Origin: Bradymonadia bacterium
Lineage (GTDB): Bacteria; Myxococcota_A; Bradymonadia; UBA7976; UBA1532
DNA length: 64,000 nt
Direction of reading: 5' to 3'
NCBI GenBank assembly: GCA_046290225.1
Contig: JBKAGE010000038.1
Location: 64,001 to 128,000 of the forward strand
The notes under the pieces are model-generated. The model saw only the letters and a program-made list of their open reading frames with translations. It made no database searches and was not told the DNA's origin. Positions 45,624 through 55,003 of this stretch are shown piece after piece. How positions within the stretch are numbered: position 1 is the first letter of the stretch; every line of letters begins with the position of its first letter. A program made the translations under genes and the position numbers.

Positions 45624-47483
45624 ATGTCGAGTGCATACATCTACCCCCTGTCTCTGGCGGCCATCTCTGTCTTCGTCGCCATCTTGGAGTGGCGCTGGCC
45701 CAAGCGGCGTCAGCAGCAGCTACGCCCCGATCTGCTCTCCGACTTCATGCACCTCGTCTTCAACGGGCACTTCCTCGGGGTGATCCTCTTCGGGGTGGCC
45801 ACCCACTGGATCCTGCCTCATGTGGACATGTGGCTCGCCGGAGCTGGTCTCACTGAGACGCTGTACCGAAACGCCGCAAGCCAGTGGCCTGTGTGGGTAC
45901 AGATCGCCGTGTGCCTAGTGGTGGTGGACTTCGCCCAGTGGTGCGTTCACAACCTGCTGCATCGTGTGAGTTTTTTCTGGGGGTTCCACAAAACGCACCA
46001 CTCGGTGAAGAACGGCGAGATGGACTGGATCGTGTCGTTTCGGTTCCAGTGGACAGAGGTGGTCGTCTACAAAACCATCCTCTATCTGCCCCTGGCTTTC
46101 TTTGGCTTTGGCGAAGTCGCTGTCTTGACCCACGCCATCTTCGGCACCCTCATCGGGCACCTGAACCACGCCAACCTCGATCTCGACTACGGCCCCCTGC
46201 GGTATGTGCTCAACAACCCCAACATGCACATCTGGCATCACGACTACGAAGGCGACGCGCGCACCACAGTGAACTTCGGCATCATTTTCTCCACCTGGGA
46301 CTATCTGTTCCGTACGGCGAAGGTGCCTGATCACGATCCACCGCGCATCGGCTTCCCCGGGGTGGAGACTTACCCACGCAACTTCCTCGCCCAGATGGGC
46401 TGGCCGTTGAGCCAGTTCACTCAGGGCAGCGGTCACTTCGCCGCCGGCGCCCTCGGCATCGGTCTCATCGCTGGAGGGTGGCTGCTTCAAAAAGGCCCCA
46501 CGCACGCGCAGCACACCCCGATGTTCGGGGAGACGGCGGCGACCTCCCAACCTGCTGGGACGGGCGCAACACCAGGGCCTGGATCATTTGGCCAGAACGA
46601 AGCAGAGCGTACAGCGGCCCTCGCCGCCTTTGGGACCGAGGCTGCCGCCGCGGGGTTTCATGATCCGCAATCGATGGTGAGCGTGAAGGAGCTGGCCCGG
46701 GCGTTGGGGCACCCTCGACTGGTGTTGCTGGACGTGCGCCCGAAAGCACGCTTCGAGATGGGGCATATCCCCCTGGCGCAGCAAATCTACCGTGGCGACT
46801 ACTCGACCAGCGATGAGGTACCAGGCCTGTCCATGTCCTTCGATGCGTTGAGGCGCATGCTCAGTACCCTCGGGGTCCGCTCGGACTCGGTGGTGGTCGC
46901 CTATACCGACGGCGGCCCCGAAGCTTATCGGCTCTGGTGGACCCTCAAGCAGGTCACGGGTCTCTCGATCCGCGTACTCGATGGAGGTCTTCAGCAATGG
47001 AAGGCTCATGGCTTCGGCCTCGCCGAGGGCCGTGGGCTCGGCGTGAAGTCACACGATCTCGCCTTGGAGGCCCCTGCTCGACCACATCGCCCCAGCTGGG
47101 CAGCCATCGACGCCTTCCTGAAACGTCACGAGGACGCCGTCCTCATCGATACGCGCTCCAAGGCGGAGTTCGACGGTGAGAAGCACCACAAGAAAGCGGC
47201 TCGCCCCGGCCATATTCCTGGGGCGAGGTACATGCCGTGGTACGCCATCGTGCGAGACACAGAGACTGACTACCGCCTGAGCGTGCCAGGTGATCTCGCC
47301 CGGCGCTTTGAGGCGCTCGGGGTGACCCCGAAGGCCCCGGTGGTGACCTATTGTCAGTCGGGTACCCGCTCTGCAGGGGTGTACTATGCCCTCCATCAGC
47401 TGGGCTGGCCTCCGGATCGGCTGATGAACTACGACGGCTCCTGGGCCGAATACAGTCGTATGACAGACATGCCGGTGGAGTGA
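45624..47483 (+). CDS. Fatty-acid hydroxylase/sterol desaturase fused to tandem rhodanese (sulfurtransferase)
   Basis: His boxes HNLLH, HKTHH, HLNH, HIWHH and NFG..WDYLF; then LDVRP..GHIP, LDGG, GHIPGA, active-site YCQSGTR and C-terminal YDGSWAEY. Confidence 0.9.
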   Translation: MSSAYIYPLSLAAISVFVAILEWRWPKRRQQQLRPDLLSDFMHLVFNGHFLGVILFGVATHWILPHVDMWLAGAGLTETLYRNAASQWPVWVQIAVCLVVVDFAQWCVHNLLHRVSFFWGFHKTHHSVKNGEMDWIVSFRFQWTEVVVYKTILYLPLAFFGFGEVAVLTHAIFGTLIGHLNHANLDLDYGPLRYVLNNPNMHIWHHDYEGDARTTVNFGIIFSTWDYLFRTAKVPDHDPPRIGFPGVETYPRNFLAQMGWPLSQFTQGSGHFAAGALGIGLIAGGWLLQKGPTHAQHTPMFGETAATSQPAGTGATPGPGSFGQNEAERTAALAAFGTEAAAAGFHDPQSMVSVKELARALGHPRLVLLDVRPKARFEMGHIPLAQQIYRGDYSTSDEVPGLSMSFDALRRMLSTLGVRSDSVVVAYTDGGPEAYRLWWTLKQVTGLSIRVLDGGLQQWKAHGFGLAEGRGLGVKSHDLALEAPARPHRPSWAAIDAFLKRHEDAVLIDTRSKAEFDGEKHHKKAARPGHIPGARYMPWYAIVRDTETDYRLSVPGDLARRFEALGVTPKAPVVTYCQSGTRSAGVYYALHQLGWPPDRLMNYDGSWAEYSRMTDMPVE

Positions 47484-47484
47484 G

Positions 47485-48549
47485 ATGAGCGCTCAGCTTC
47501 ACCGACTCGCACTCGCGACGATGGCACTTGTCTGCCTTGCCTCAGCGTGCATGGCACCCGAAAGCATCTCCAACTCCGACTCGAGCACGGTACGAGGTGT
47601 CGCTCTGGGCCTCTTTGCCACAGATCCCGAGTTCGATTATGGAGACCTCGTCGATGAGATCGCCGCTCGAGGCGCCACGGAGGTACTGGTGGTGATCAAC
47701 GGGCACCAGAGCGATCTACACACTGCAGATGTCGCCCTGACGTATGGGCCCTCAGTCTCTACCATCGAGCGCACCTTCTCCCAGATCCGTCGTCACGGCA
47801 TGGGCATCACCGTGATGCCCACAGTACAGCTCCTTCGACGCTCCCCTGGGGTATGGCGAGGGCGCATCTCACCCCGTCAGGGGCCCAACGCCTGGTTCTC
47901 GGCCTATCGCCGCTTCATGCTCCCTCTCGCCCGCATGGCCTCGACGGCTGGGGCAGATCGCTTCATCGTCGGCAGCGAGCTGGTGAGTCTCACTGTGTAT
48001 GAGGCATCGTGGCGTGCCCTCATCAGCGAGCTGCGGACCATCTTTCCGGGGCGACTGACCTATTCGGCAAACTGGGATCACTACACTCAAGTGCCCTTCT
48101 GGGACGCCCTCGACGAGATCGGCGTCACCGGGTACTTCCCCCTCGTCGAATCGGGAGAGGCGATCCCAAGAGGCATCGCGGCGTGGCGCCCTCATCGAGA
48201 TGCGCTGAGCCACTTCGCGACACACCACGGCAAGCCCCTGCTCATCACCGAGCTGGGGTACGCGTCCACCCTTGGCGCGGCACAGTCTCCCTGGCAGGGC
48301 GGCGGCACCACCCCTTCTCGCGACGCGCTGCAGCTCCAAGCGGATCTCCTGACCCAGTTCTGTGATGCCTTCACCGCCCCCGACGCCAAGGCCATCGGCG
48401 GGTTCTTCTTCTGGAACTGGTTCGGGGTGGGCGGCCCTCGCGACCCGGGCTTCACCCCAAGAGGCAAGCCCGCAGCTCAGGCCGTGGAGCGCTGCCTGCG
48501 CAGCGCCCGATGGCCCAAACCCAAACCCGACGCAGTGGCAGCTCGATGA
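47485..48549 (+). CDS. GH113-like glycoside hydrolase (TIM barrel), lipoprotein
   Basis: LASAC lipobox; WRGRI, VGSEL, LTYSANWD, FWDALD, ITELGY, FTPRGKPA. Confidence 0.8.
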   Translation: MSAQLHRLALATMALVCLASACMAPESISNSDSSTVRGVALGLFATDPEFDYGDLVDEIAARGATEVLVVINGHQSDLHTADVALTYGPSVSTIERTFSQIRRHGMGITVMPTVQLLRRSPGVWRGRISPRQGPNAWFSAYRRFMLPLARMASTAGADRFIVGSELVSLTVYEASWRALISELRTIFPGRLTYSANWDHYTQVPFWDALDEIGVTGYFPLVESGEAIPRGIAAWRPHRDALSHFATHHGKPLLITELGYASTLGAAQSPWQGGGTTPSRDALQLQADLLTQFCDAFTAPDAKAIGGFFFWNWFGVGGPRDPGFTPRGKPAAQAVERCLRSARWPKPKPDAVAAR

Positions 48550-50228
48550 GCGACGTACCCACCCAACCATCTCACGAGGACACGCTGACGATGTCTGATC
48601 GACCCCACGTGAACCGCCGTCGCTTCATCAGCGGCGCCCTCGCCAGTGCCGGCCTGGTGGCTTCGGGCTGTCAGAGAGATCGCCCTCAGGGCAGAAGCAC
48701 GCCCACGCCTGGAGAGACCCCCGTGGCTCCCCCCCTGGTGTCGCCGCCGGCCAACCCCTCCCCAGGTGTGCCCTCGATGCCTTCTCTCCCTGAAGGCCTC
48801 GACCCATCACTGTTTCACATGCACACCCGTCGCCCCCTCACCTTGGAGGCGAAGCGCTCGAGCATGGGCCAGAGCCCCATCACCCCGCTGTCTCGCTTCT
48901 TCGTGCGCAACAACCTGCCCATGCCCGACGCCAGCATCACGGCCCGACCTGATCTCTGGGCCCTCGAGATCCTCGGCGTGGTTCAGCCGAACACGCTGAA
49001 CGTAGGCCAGCTCAAGCAGCTGCCTGCTCAAACCATCACCACAGTGCTGCAATGCTCTGGGAACGGCCGCAAGTACTATGAGCACGGCCCCTCGGGCTCT
49101 CAATGGGGTACGGGCGCCGCCGGCTGCGCCATGTGGACAGGGGTGTCTGTGGCCACGGTCGTACAGGCCCTTGGTGGCGCGCTCGATGACACACGCTTCA
49201 TGACCAGCACCGGCGGCGAGGTGCTCCCCGAGGGCATCGATCCGCTCACCGCCATCGTCGAACGCTCCATCCCAAAGGAGAAAGGCCTGCAGGACTGCCT
49301 GCTCGCCTGGGAGATGAATGGTCAGCCAATCCCCATCACCCATGGGGGCCCCCTGCGACTCATCGTGCCCGGTTACTATGGCTGCAACCAGATCAAGTAC
49401 ATCAAGCGCCTCGCCTTCACCGCCGAGCAGACCCGCTCGAAGATCCAATCTTCGGGGTACCGCCTTCGGCGCATCGGCGCAAAAGGCAACCCCAGCCAGC
49501 CCTCGATGTGGCAGATGAACGTCAAGTCGTGGATCAACGGCCCCGGCGCTGACGATGCCCCGGTACTCGCTGGCCCGGTGCAGCTTCACGGCGTGGCGTT
49601 TGCCGGGGGCACACCGATCGAGACGGTGGAGATCACCCTCGACGGCGGCCAAACATGGCAGCCCGCGCGGTTCACCGGACCTGATTTGGGGCCCTACGCA
49701 TGGCGCACCTTCGCCTTCGAGACCCAGCTGCAGCCCGGCGAGCACGTCATCGCCTCTCGGGCCACCGACGCCGAGGGCAACCAGCAACCTCGACGCCGAC
49801 TCGAGAACGAGCGCGGCTACGGCAACAACGCCTGGGGCGATCTCGCCTTGAAGGTGAAGGTGGTGAAGACATTGCCAAAGCCTGTCCCTGAGCCCACCCC
49901 GTCGAAGGCACCTCCAACCGCAAAGGGCCACAACAGCTCACCATCTTCGTCAGGGAAGAAGGCGAAGCTTTCCGCTCAAGGTGAGCGCGGCAAAGTGCTC
50001 TTCACCCAGACCGCTCAGCCCTCATGCTCAGTGTGCCACAGCCTCGCAGACGCTGGCTCGAAGGGGGCGGTCGGCCCCGACCTGAACGACCTCGCCCCGG
50101 ACGCGCAGCGGGTGGTCCAGGCTGTGACCCATGGTGTAGGCACCATGCCCGCTTTCAAGGGCAACCTCTCGCCCGACCAGATTAAAGATCTGGCGCAATA
50201 CATCGTCGAAGCCACGAGCACCCCCTGA
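48546..50228 (+). CDS. Tat-exported sulfite oxidase-family molybdoenzyme (SorT/SorA-like) fused to a C-terminal c-type cytochrome (SorU-like)
   Basis: NRRRFI Tat motif and ASGC lipobox; FFVRNNL, LQCSGNGR, MNGQPIP..HGGPLRLIVPGYYG; CSVCH..GPDL..GTMPAF. Start 48546 (ATGA overlap) or 48591. Confidence 0.9.
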   Translation: MSDVPTQPSHEDTLTMSDRPHVNRRRFISGALASAGLVASGCQRDRPQGRSTPTPGETPVAPPLVSPPANPSPGVPSMPSLPEGLDPSLFHMHTRRPLTLEAKRSSMGQSPITPLSRFFVRNNLPMPDASITARPDLWALEILGVVQPNTLNVGQLKQLPAQTITTVLQCSGNGRKYYEHGPSGSQWGTGAAGCAMWTGVSVATVVQALGGALDDTRFMTSTGGEVLPEGIDPLTAIVERSIPKEKGLQDCLLAWEMNGQPIPITHGGPLRLIVPGYYGCNQIKYIKRLAFTAEQTRSKIQSSGYRLRRIGAKGNPSQPSMWQMNVKSWINGPGADDAPVLAGPVQLHGVAFAGGTPIETVEITLDGGQTWQPARFTGPDLGPYAWRTFAFETQLQPGEHVIASRATDAEGNQQPRRRLENERGYGNNAWGDLALKVKVVKTLPKPVPEPTPSKAPPTAKGHNSSPSSSGKKAKLSAQGERGKVLFTQTAQPSCSVCHSLADAGSKGAVGPDLNDLAPDAQRVVQAVTHGVGTMPAFKGNLSPDQIKDLAQYIVEATSTP

Positions 50229-50342
50229 GGGATCATATTTCATCGCGTTCTGGGACACGGGCCGTTGAAGCGAGCCCCAGGTCAACTCGACGACCACCGC
50301 ATGATATAGACTCTCTCTACACCCATCGGAGAAGCCACGATC

Positions 50343-50918
50343 ATGCGCACGCTTGCTCTGCTCACTTTCCTCTCGCTCACGCTGTTCTCAGAGATTGCTC
50401 TGGCCAAAGAGCCGGGCAACGAGGCCATCAAGGCCGACTGGGAAGCCCTCCTCGCCACCCAGTGCGATCTCACCGCTCGCAACGTGCGCACCCCATTCGC
50501 CGCGTCGGTCCTGCGCAATACGCCCTATGCCCTGGCGGGATACACCTTCAAGAGTGAGGGGTTGCGTGCGCTCTTCGCCGCCGACGGCAGCTGGTACACC
50601 CCCAAGGGCAAGATCAAACCGAAGTTCACCGCCGAGGTGAAGGCCTGCATCGACAAGATCAGGGCCTTCGAAGCTGAACAGGGCTTCAAGAGCAGCAGCT
50701 GGAAGACGCTCAAAGAGCGGGTCTTCAAAGATCGCCTCACCTATCTTGAGATCCGCGGCCACAGCCTCATCATGAAGGGCGGGCCCTCGACGACCTCGGC
50801 CATGGGGCCCGACATGGACGTGCGGTGCCCCACCTGCGAAGGGCTCAGGGTGTTCCAGCTTCACTGTGACGATCGCGAGTGCCTGGTCCTGGTGCCCGGC
50901 ACCGGGATGGCCCCCTGA
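50343..50918 (+). CDS. Secreted YARHG-like domain protein
   Basis: Signal peptide; LRNTPYALAGYTFKSEGLRALF..WYTP matches the YARHG pattern with a divergent core. Confidence 0.7.
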   Translation: MRTLALLTFLSLTLFSEIALAKEPGNEAIKADWEALLATQCDLTARNVRTPFAASVLRNTPYALAGYTFKSEGLRALFAADGSWYTPKGKIKPKFTAEVKACIDKIRAFEAEQGFKSSSWKTLKERVFKDRLTYLEIRGHSLIMKGGPSTTSAMGPDMDVRCPTCEGLRVFQLHCDDRECLVLVPGTGMAP

Positions 50919-50923
50919 TCAGC

Positions 50924-51748
50924 TCACTGACCTGCGATGGCCTCTCGCATGGCCTTCACTCGGTCCACGCTGATGCGGCCGCGCTCTTTGAGGGCCGTGC
51001 CCACGATGTAGCCGTGAGCGCCCAGGGTCTTCACCGTCTCCACGGTGGTGCCGCTGCCCACGAGGATGGGCACCCCCGGGGCGGCGACCTTATAAGCTTC
51101 CACCTGTTGCGGATCCGTGGGCTGCCCGGTGCCGGTCCCCGAGGCGATGAGGGCGTCGGCCCGGCCGCGGTGCACCGCGTCAGCCACCGCCTGCTCTCGG
51201 GGCAGATCTGCCAGCGGCGCCGCGTGCTTCACCTGCACGTCGGCGAGGATGGAGATCTCCGCGCCGAGTTGCTGCTTCATCCGCAACAGATCGGCAGCGC
51301 AGCCTTCGATGAGGCCCTGATCAGTGACCATGGCCCCGGTGAGCACATTGATGCGGATGAACCGCGCCCCTGTGGCCAGGGCGATGGCCAATGCCGCGGG
51401 GCCATCGTTGCGCAGGGCGTTGATGCCCAGGCTGATGCCGCCGCGCACAGCGTCCGCAGCCTGCTTCACCGACAACGCACAGCGCGTGAGCGCCGCGACA
51501 GTCTCGGGGCCCAATGACGCCTTGTAGAACGGCGCATCGTGATAGTTCTCCACCATGATGGCGTCCACGCCACCTTCGGCGAGCGAGATGGCGTCTTCCG
51601 CCGCCCTGCCGATGACCGCCTCGAAGTCCCCTGCGTAGGCAGGAGATCCCGGCAACGGCTCGAGGTGGACCATGCCCACGAACCACGGGCGGTTCTCCGG
51701 CATGGGCGGTGGGTGGTTCATCGGTCGGCGCAATGTGAGTTCGGCCAT
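50924..51748 (-). CDS. btpA: BtpA/SgcQ family TIM-barrel protein
   Basis: GMVHLEPLPGSP, MVENYHDAPF, GINALRND, ADVQVKH, GTGTG, VGSG. Confidence 0.9.
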   Translation of the reverse strand: MAELTLRRPMNHPPPMPENRPWFVGMVHLEPLPGSPAYAGDFEAVIGRAAEDAISLAEGGVDAIMVENYHDAPFYKASLGPETVAALTRCALSVKQAADAVRGGISLGINALRNDGPAALAIALATGARFIRINVLTGAMVTDQGLIEGCAADLLRMKQQLGAEISILADVQVKHAAPLADLPREQAVADAVHRGRADALIASGTGTGQPTDPQQVEAYKVAAPGVPILVGSGTTVETVKTLGAHGYIVGTALKERGRISVDRVKAMREAIAGQ

Positions 51749-51903
51749 GGGTTCCCCCTGTTGATCTTGGGTGCTGTACCGTACCCGGGTGCATGATGAC
51801 AGGCGGTTGCAGCGTGCACCACAGGTCTTCGACGTCGGCGACGCTGAGTTGACAACCTCTCTCCATTGCCCGACATCCAAGGTTCACCCTCCGAGAGGAC
51901 CCC

Positions 51904-53544
51904 ATGAAGAGCGCTCTCATCGCTTCGGCTCCCATCGCCCGGCTCCAGTGGCTGGTGCGGCTCAGATGGCTCGCCCTCTGTGGTGTCAGCGTCGGCGCGG
52001 TGATGGCGGCGTGGGGTGTCGTGCCCGGTGTGAACCTGCCTCTGGTGGCGGGGGCGGTCCTCATCGGCTTGCTCAGCAACGGGTGGCTGCACTTTCAGAG
52101 TCGCCGACGGCCCACCACCGATGAGCACTATGTGGGTCAGGCCCTGCTCGACACCGGGGCCCTCACCCTGGTGATCTGGGCCTCTGGCGGCGCCTCAAAC
52201 CCCTTCATCAGCTTCTACGTCTTCCCGATTCTGCTCGCGGGCCTGCTCGGTGGCCGGGCGGCGCTGCCGCCGACGGCCCTCGCCACGGTGGTGGGCATCT
52301 CATTTCAGATCATCACCCTGCAGGTACCAGCGCTTCAGGTGGGCACCTGGGATCCGATCCCTCAATGGTCCCAGCTGCTCTTCTTCGGCAGCATCGTGAT
52401 CACCGTGGGGGTAGCGGGCTACTTCGCCACGCGGTTCACCGAGGCCCTGAGGCAACAAATCAAGGCCCGCGAGAAAGCCGACCGGATTCTGGAGCTCACC
52501 TTCGAGGGCCTCGAGGCAGGCCTCGAGGTGGTGGAGCGGGGGGCGCTGATCTGGCAGAACCCCAAGGCCATCGCTCTCGTAGGCCCCCGAACGGGGCAAT
52601 GGCACTGCCCGGGCAAGGGCCAGTGTGCCCTCGGATTGGAGATGAACTGCGCCAGCCCTGGGGCCTCGTCGAGCCCCCGGCGGTGCCAGTTCCCCGTCCA
52701 CGTGGGCAGCGGCTCGGAGCAGATCTACGAGCTGGTGAACCTGCCGTTGCCTGATCGCGAGGGCTGGATGGTGCTCTACCTCGACCGCACCACCGAAGTG
52801 CTCGCCGAGCGGCAGCTGGTGTTCACCGAGCGCCTCGCCAGCCTCGGCCGCACAGTCCAGGGCGTGGCCCACGAGCTGAACACGCCGTTGTCCACCATCC
52901 AGACGCTCGCCCGCGATGTGCAAGATGCCCTGAGCGCCGCAGAGCTCCAGGGAGAGTTGCGAGAAGATCTCGACGAATCGGCGGGCATCATCACCGCAGA
53001 GGTGGATCGCTGTCGCCGGATCACCCACGCCCTGCTGGGCCGAGCCGAGTTCGTCGGCGGGGGTGGACTGCACCGCCTCGGCGACGCGGTCCAGCGGGCG
53101 GTGGCAGTGGCCTTTCCTCATCAGCGCGATCGCGTGGACGTCACCCTCGGCCGCGCCGCCGACGTGCACCTGCCCCTCGATCCCATCATGCAGGTCTTGG
53201 TGAACCTGCTTCAGAATGCAGGAGACGCTGATCCCGAGGGTCGACTTCAGCTCACCGCTCGGAAGGCCCACAATGGTGTGGAGATCAAGGTGCGCGATCA
53301 CGGCAGCGGGGTCCCCCCCGAAGTCTTCGTGCACCTCTTCGAACCTTTCTTCACCACCAAGCCGCCGGGCAAGGGCACCGGCCTCGGCCTCTTCACGAGC
53401 TACGAATTAATCCGCAAGCTCGGCGGCACCCTTCAGCTCGAAAACCACAGTGAAGGCGGCGCTCAAGCGACCATTCGGTTGCCGGTGACCGGAGACCCGC
53501 CGCAGACAGATCCGTCGTTGGATTCACGTTCAGGGCCGACGTGA
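51904..53544 (+). CDS. Membrane sensor histidine kinase, RegB/PrrB-like input domain
   Basis: [49 protein letters not shown]. Confidence 0.9.
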   Translation: MKSALIASAPIARLQWLVRLRWLALCGVSVGAVMAAWGVVPGVNLPLVAGAVLIGLLSNGWLHFQSRRRPTTDEHYVGQALLDTGALTLVIWASGGASNPFISFYVFPILLAGLLGGRAALPPTALATVVGISFQIITLQVPALQVGTWDPIPQWSQLLFFGSIVITVGVAGYFATRFTEALRQQIKAREKADRILELTFEGLEAGLEVVERGALIWQNPKAIALVGPRTGQWHCPGKGQCALGLEMNCASPGASSSPRRCQFPVHVGSGSEQIYELVNLPLPDREGWMVLYLDRTTEVLAERQLVFTERLASLGRTVQGVAHELNTPLSTIQTLARDVQDALSAAELQGELREDLDESAGIITAEVDRCRRITHALLGRAEFVGGGGLHRLGDAVQRAVAVAFPHQRDRVDVTLGRAADVHLPLDPIMQVLVNLLQNAGDADPEGRLQLTARKAHNGVEIKVRDHGSGVPPEVFVHLFEPFFTTKPPGKGTGLGLFTSYELIRKLGGTLQLENHSEGGAQATIRLPVTGDPPQTDPSLDSRSGPT

Positions 53545-53579
53545 TCTATGCTGAGCGCGCATCAACCCATGGAGCAGGC

Positions 53580-54428
53580 GTGTCACACAGTGATCAGATC
53601 AACCCGCGCAGGATCTTCATCGTCTCCGACGCCACGGGGGACACCGCCGAGACGGTGGTGAAGGCGGCGCTGATGCAGTTCGACCCGGAGGCTGCTCACC
53701 TCGAGCTGTTCCCCCGAGTGCGTCGCGAGTCCCAGATCGAAGAGATCGTCGAGCGGGCCGCCGACGAAGAGGCCCTCATCGTGCACACCACGGTGACCCC
53801 GTCACACCGGGAGCGCTTGCATGAGCTGTGCTCCGAGGCCGGGGTGGACGACGTCGACCTGATCGGCACCCTCATGGCCAAGCTGACCACCTTCCTCGAC
53901 GTGAAGCCACGGGCGGAGCCTGGCCGCATTCACACCGTCAACGACGACTACTTCCGCCGCATCGAGGCGGTGGAGTTCGCCGTGAAGAACGATGACGGCC
54001 AGCACCCCCGCAACCTCGACAAGTCCGACATCGTGCTCGTGGGCATCTCCCGGACCAGCAAGACGCCGCTGAGCACCTACCTCGCTCAGCGTGGGTACAA
54101 GGTGGCCAACATCCCCATCGTGATGGGCATCGAGCCCCCCGAAGAGCTGTTCCGCATCGATCAGCGCAAGATCTTCGCCCTCAGCATCCAGACCGAGGCC
54201 CTCTTCAGGATCCGTCAGGCGCGTCTGAGGCAGCTGGGTATGCCCGCGGACACCAGCTACGGCATGCAGGACCACATCGACGAAGAGCTGCAGTACGCCC
54301 AGTCGATCTACAAGGGCAACCCGCAGTGGCCCGTGCTCGACGTCACCGATCGAGCCATCGAAGAGATCGCCGCCACCTTGCTCAACATCAAGAAGCAGCG
54401 TGAAACGGAGAGCGGCTCAGAAGACTGA
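53580..54428 (+). CDS. ppsR: PEP synthase/PPDK regulatory kinase-pyrophosphorylase
   Basis: VSDATGDTAE, YFRRIEAVEFAVKNDDG, GISRTSKTPLSTYLA; GTG 53580 after GGAG (alternative start 53541). Confidence 0.92.
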   Translation: MSHSDQINPRRIFIVSDATGDTAETVVKAALMQFDPEAAHLELFPRVRRESQIEEIVERAADEEALIVHTTVTPSHRERLHELCSEAGVDDVDLIGTLMAKLTTFLDVKPRAEPGRIHTVNDDYFRRIEAVEFAVKNDDGQHPRNLDKSDIVLVGISRTSKTPLSTYLAQRGYKVANIPIVMGIEPPEELFRIDQRKIFALSIQTEALFRIRQARLRQLGMPADTSYGMQDHIDEELQYAQSIYKGNPQWPVLDVTDRAIEEIAATLLNIKKQRETESGSED

Positions 54429-54454
54429 GCCTGATGATGCGGTGAGCCCCACCA

Positions 54455-54895
54455 TCAGCCCCGGGTGTATTCGAAATCCGGCTTGGGGCCGCTGAGGACC
54501 AGATCGCGCTCCTCGGGCAGCTGATACTCGAACCCCGCACCGGTGAGGAAGGCCTCGACGCGCCGAATGCGCGCGTCGGCCATCTCCAGAGGCCAGCTCA
54601 GGCGCTCCACCCACGCCGCATTCACCATACTGGGCAGAGGCGGCAGACCGATGGAGGGCGGCCGGGGGATCAGCACCTCTCGGGGGTGCAGAAGATCGTC
54701 GAGGGCGACACACAGAGCAGAATCCATCGGTGTGTCTTCCGCTGGGTCGCCCTCCAGGGCGTCAAAGGCCCGGGCCAGGAGCTTTCGAGCGAGCCCCCTC
54801 TGCGTGCGGGGCAGACTTCGGGCGCTCAGGGCTTCTGCCACCCCCTTCGCCAGGGCCTCCAGCTCGCTCTTGGACCACAACACCGCGGACGCCAA
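54455..54895 (-). CDS. Hypothetical protein
   Basis: TTG start with GGAGAGG RBS; fills the gap. Confidence 0.6.
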   Translation of the reverse strand: MASAVLWSKSELEALAKGVAEALSARSLPRTQRGLARKLLARAFDALEGDPAEDTPMDSALCVALDDLLHPREVLIPRPPSIGLPPLPSMVNAAWVERLSWPLEMADARIRRVEAFLTGAGFEYQLPEERDLVLSGPKPDFEYTRG

Positions 54896-55003
54896 TCTGT
54901 TGCCTCTCCAGGTTCTTGCAACTGTCTTTGGTTGTTCACTGGTCTGATTGGACCACTTAGGGTTAAATGACCATCAGATCAGTTCCGAGGCTCCCCCAGG
55001 TCG

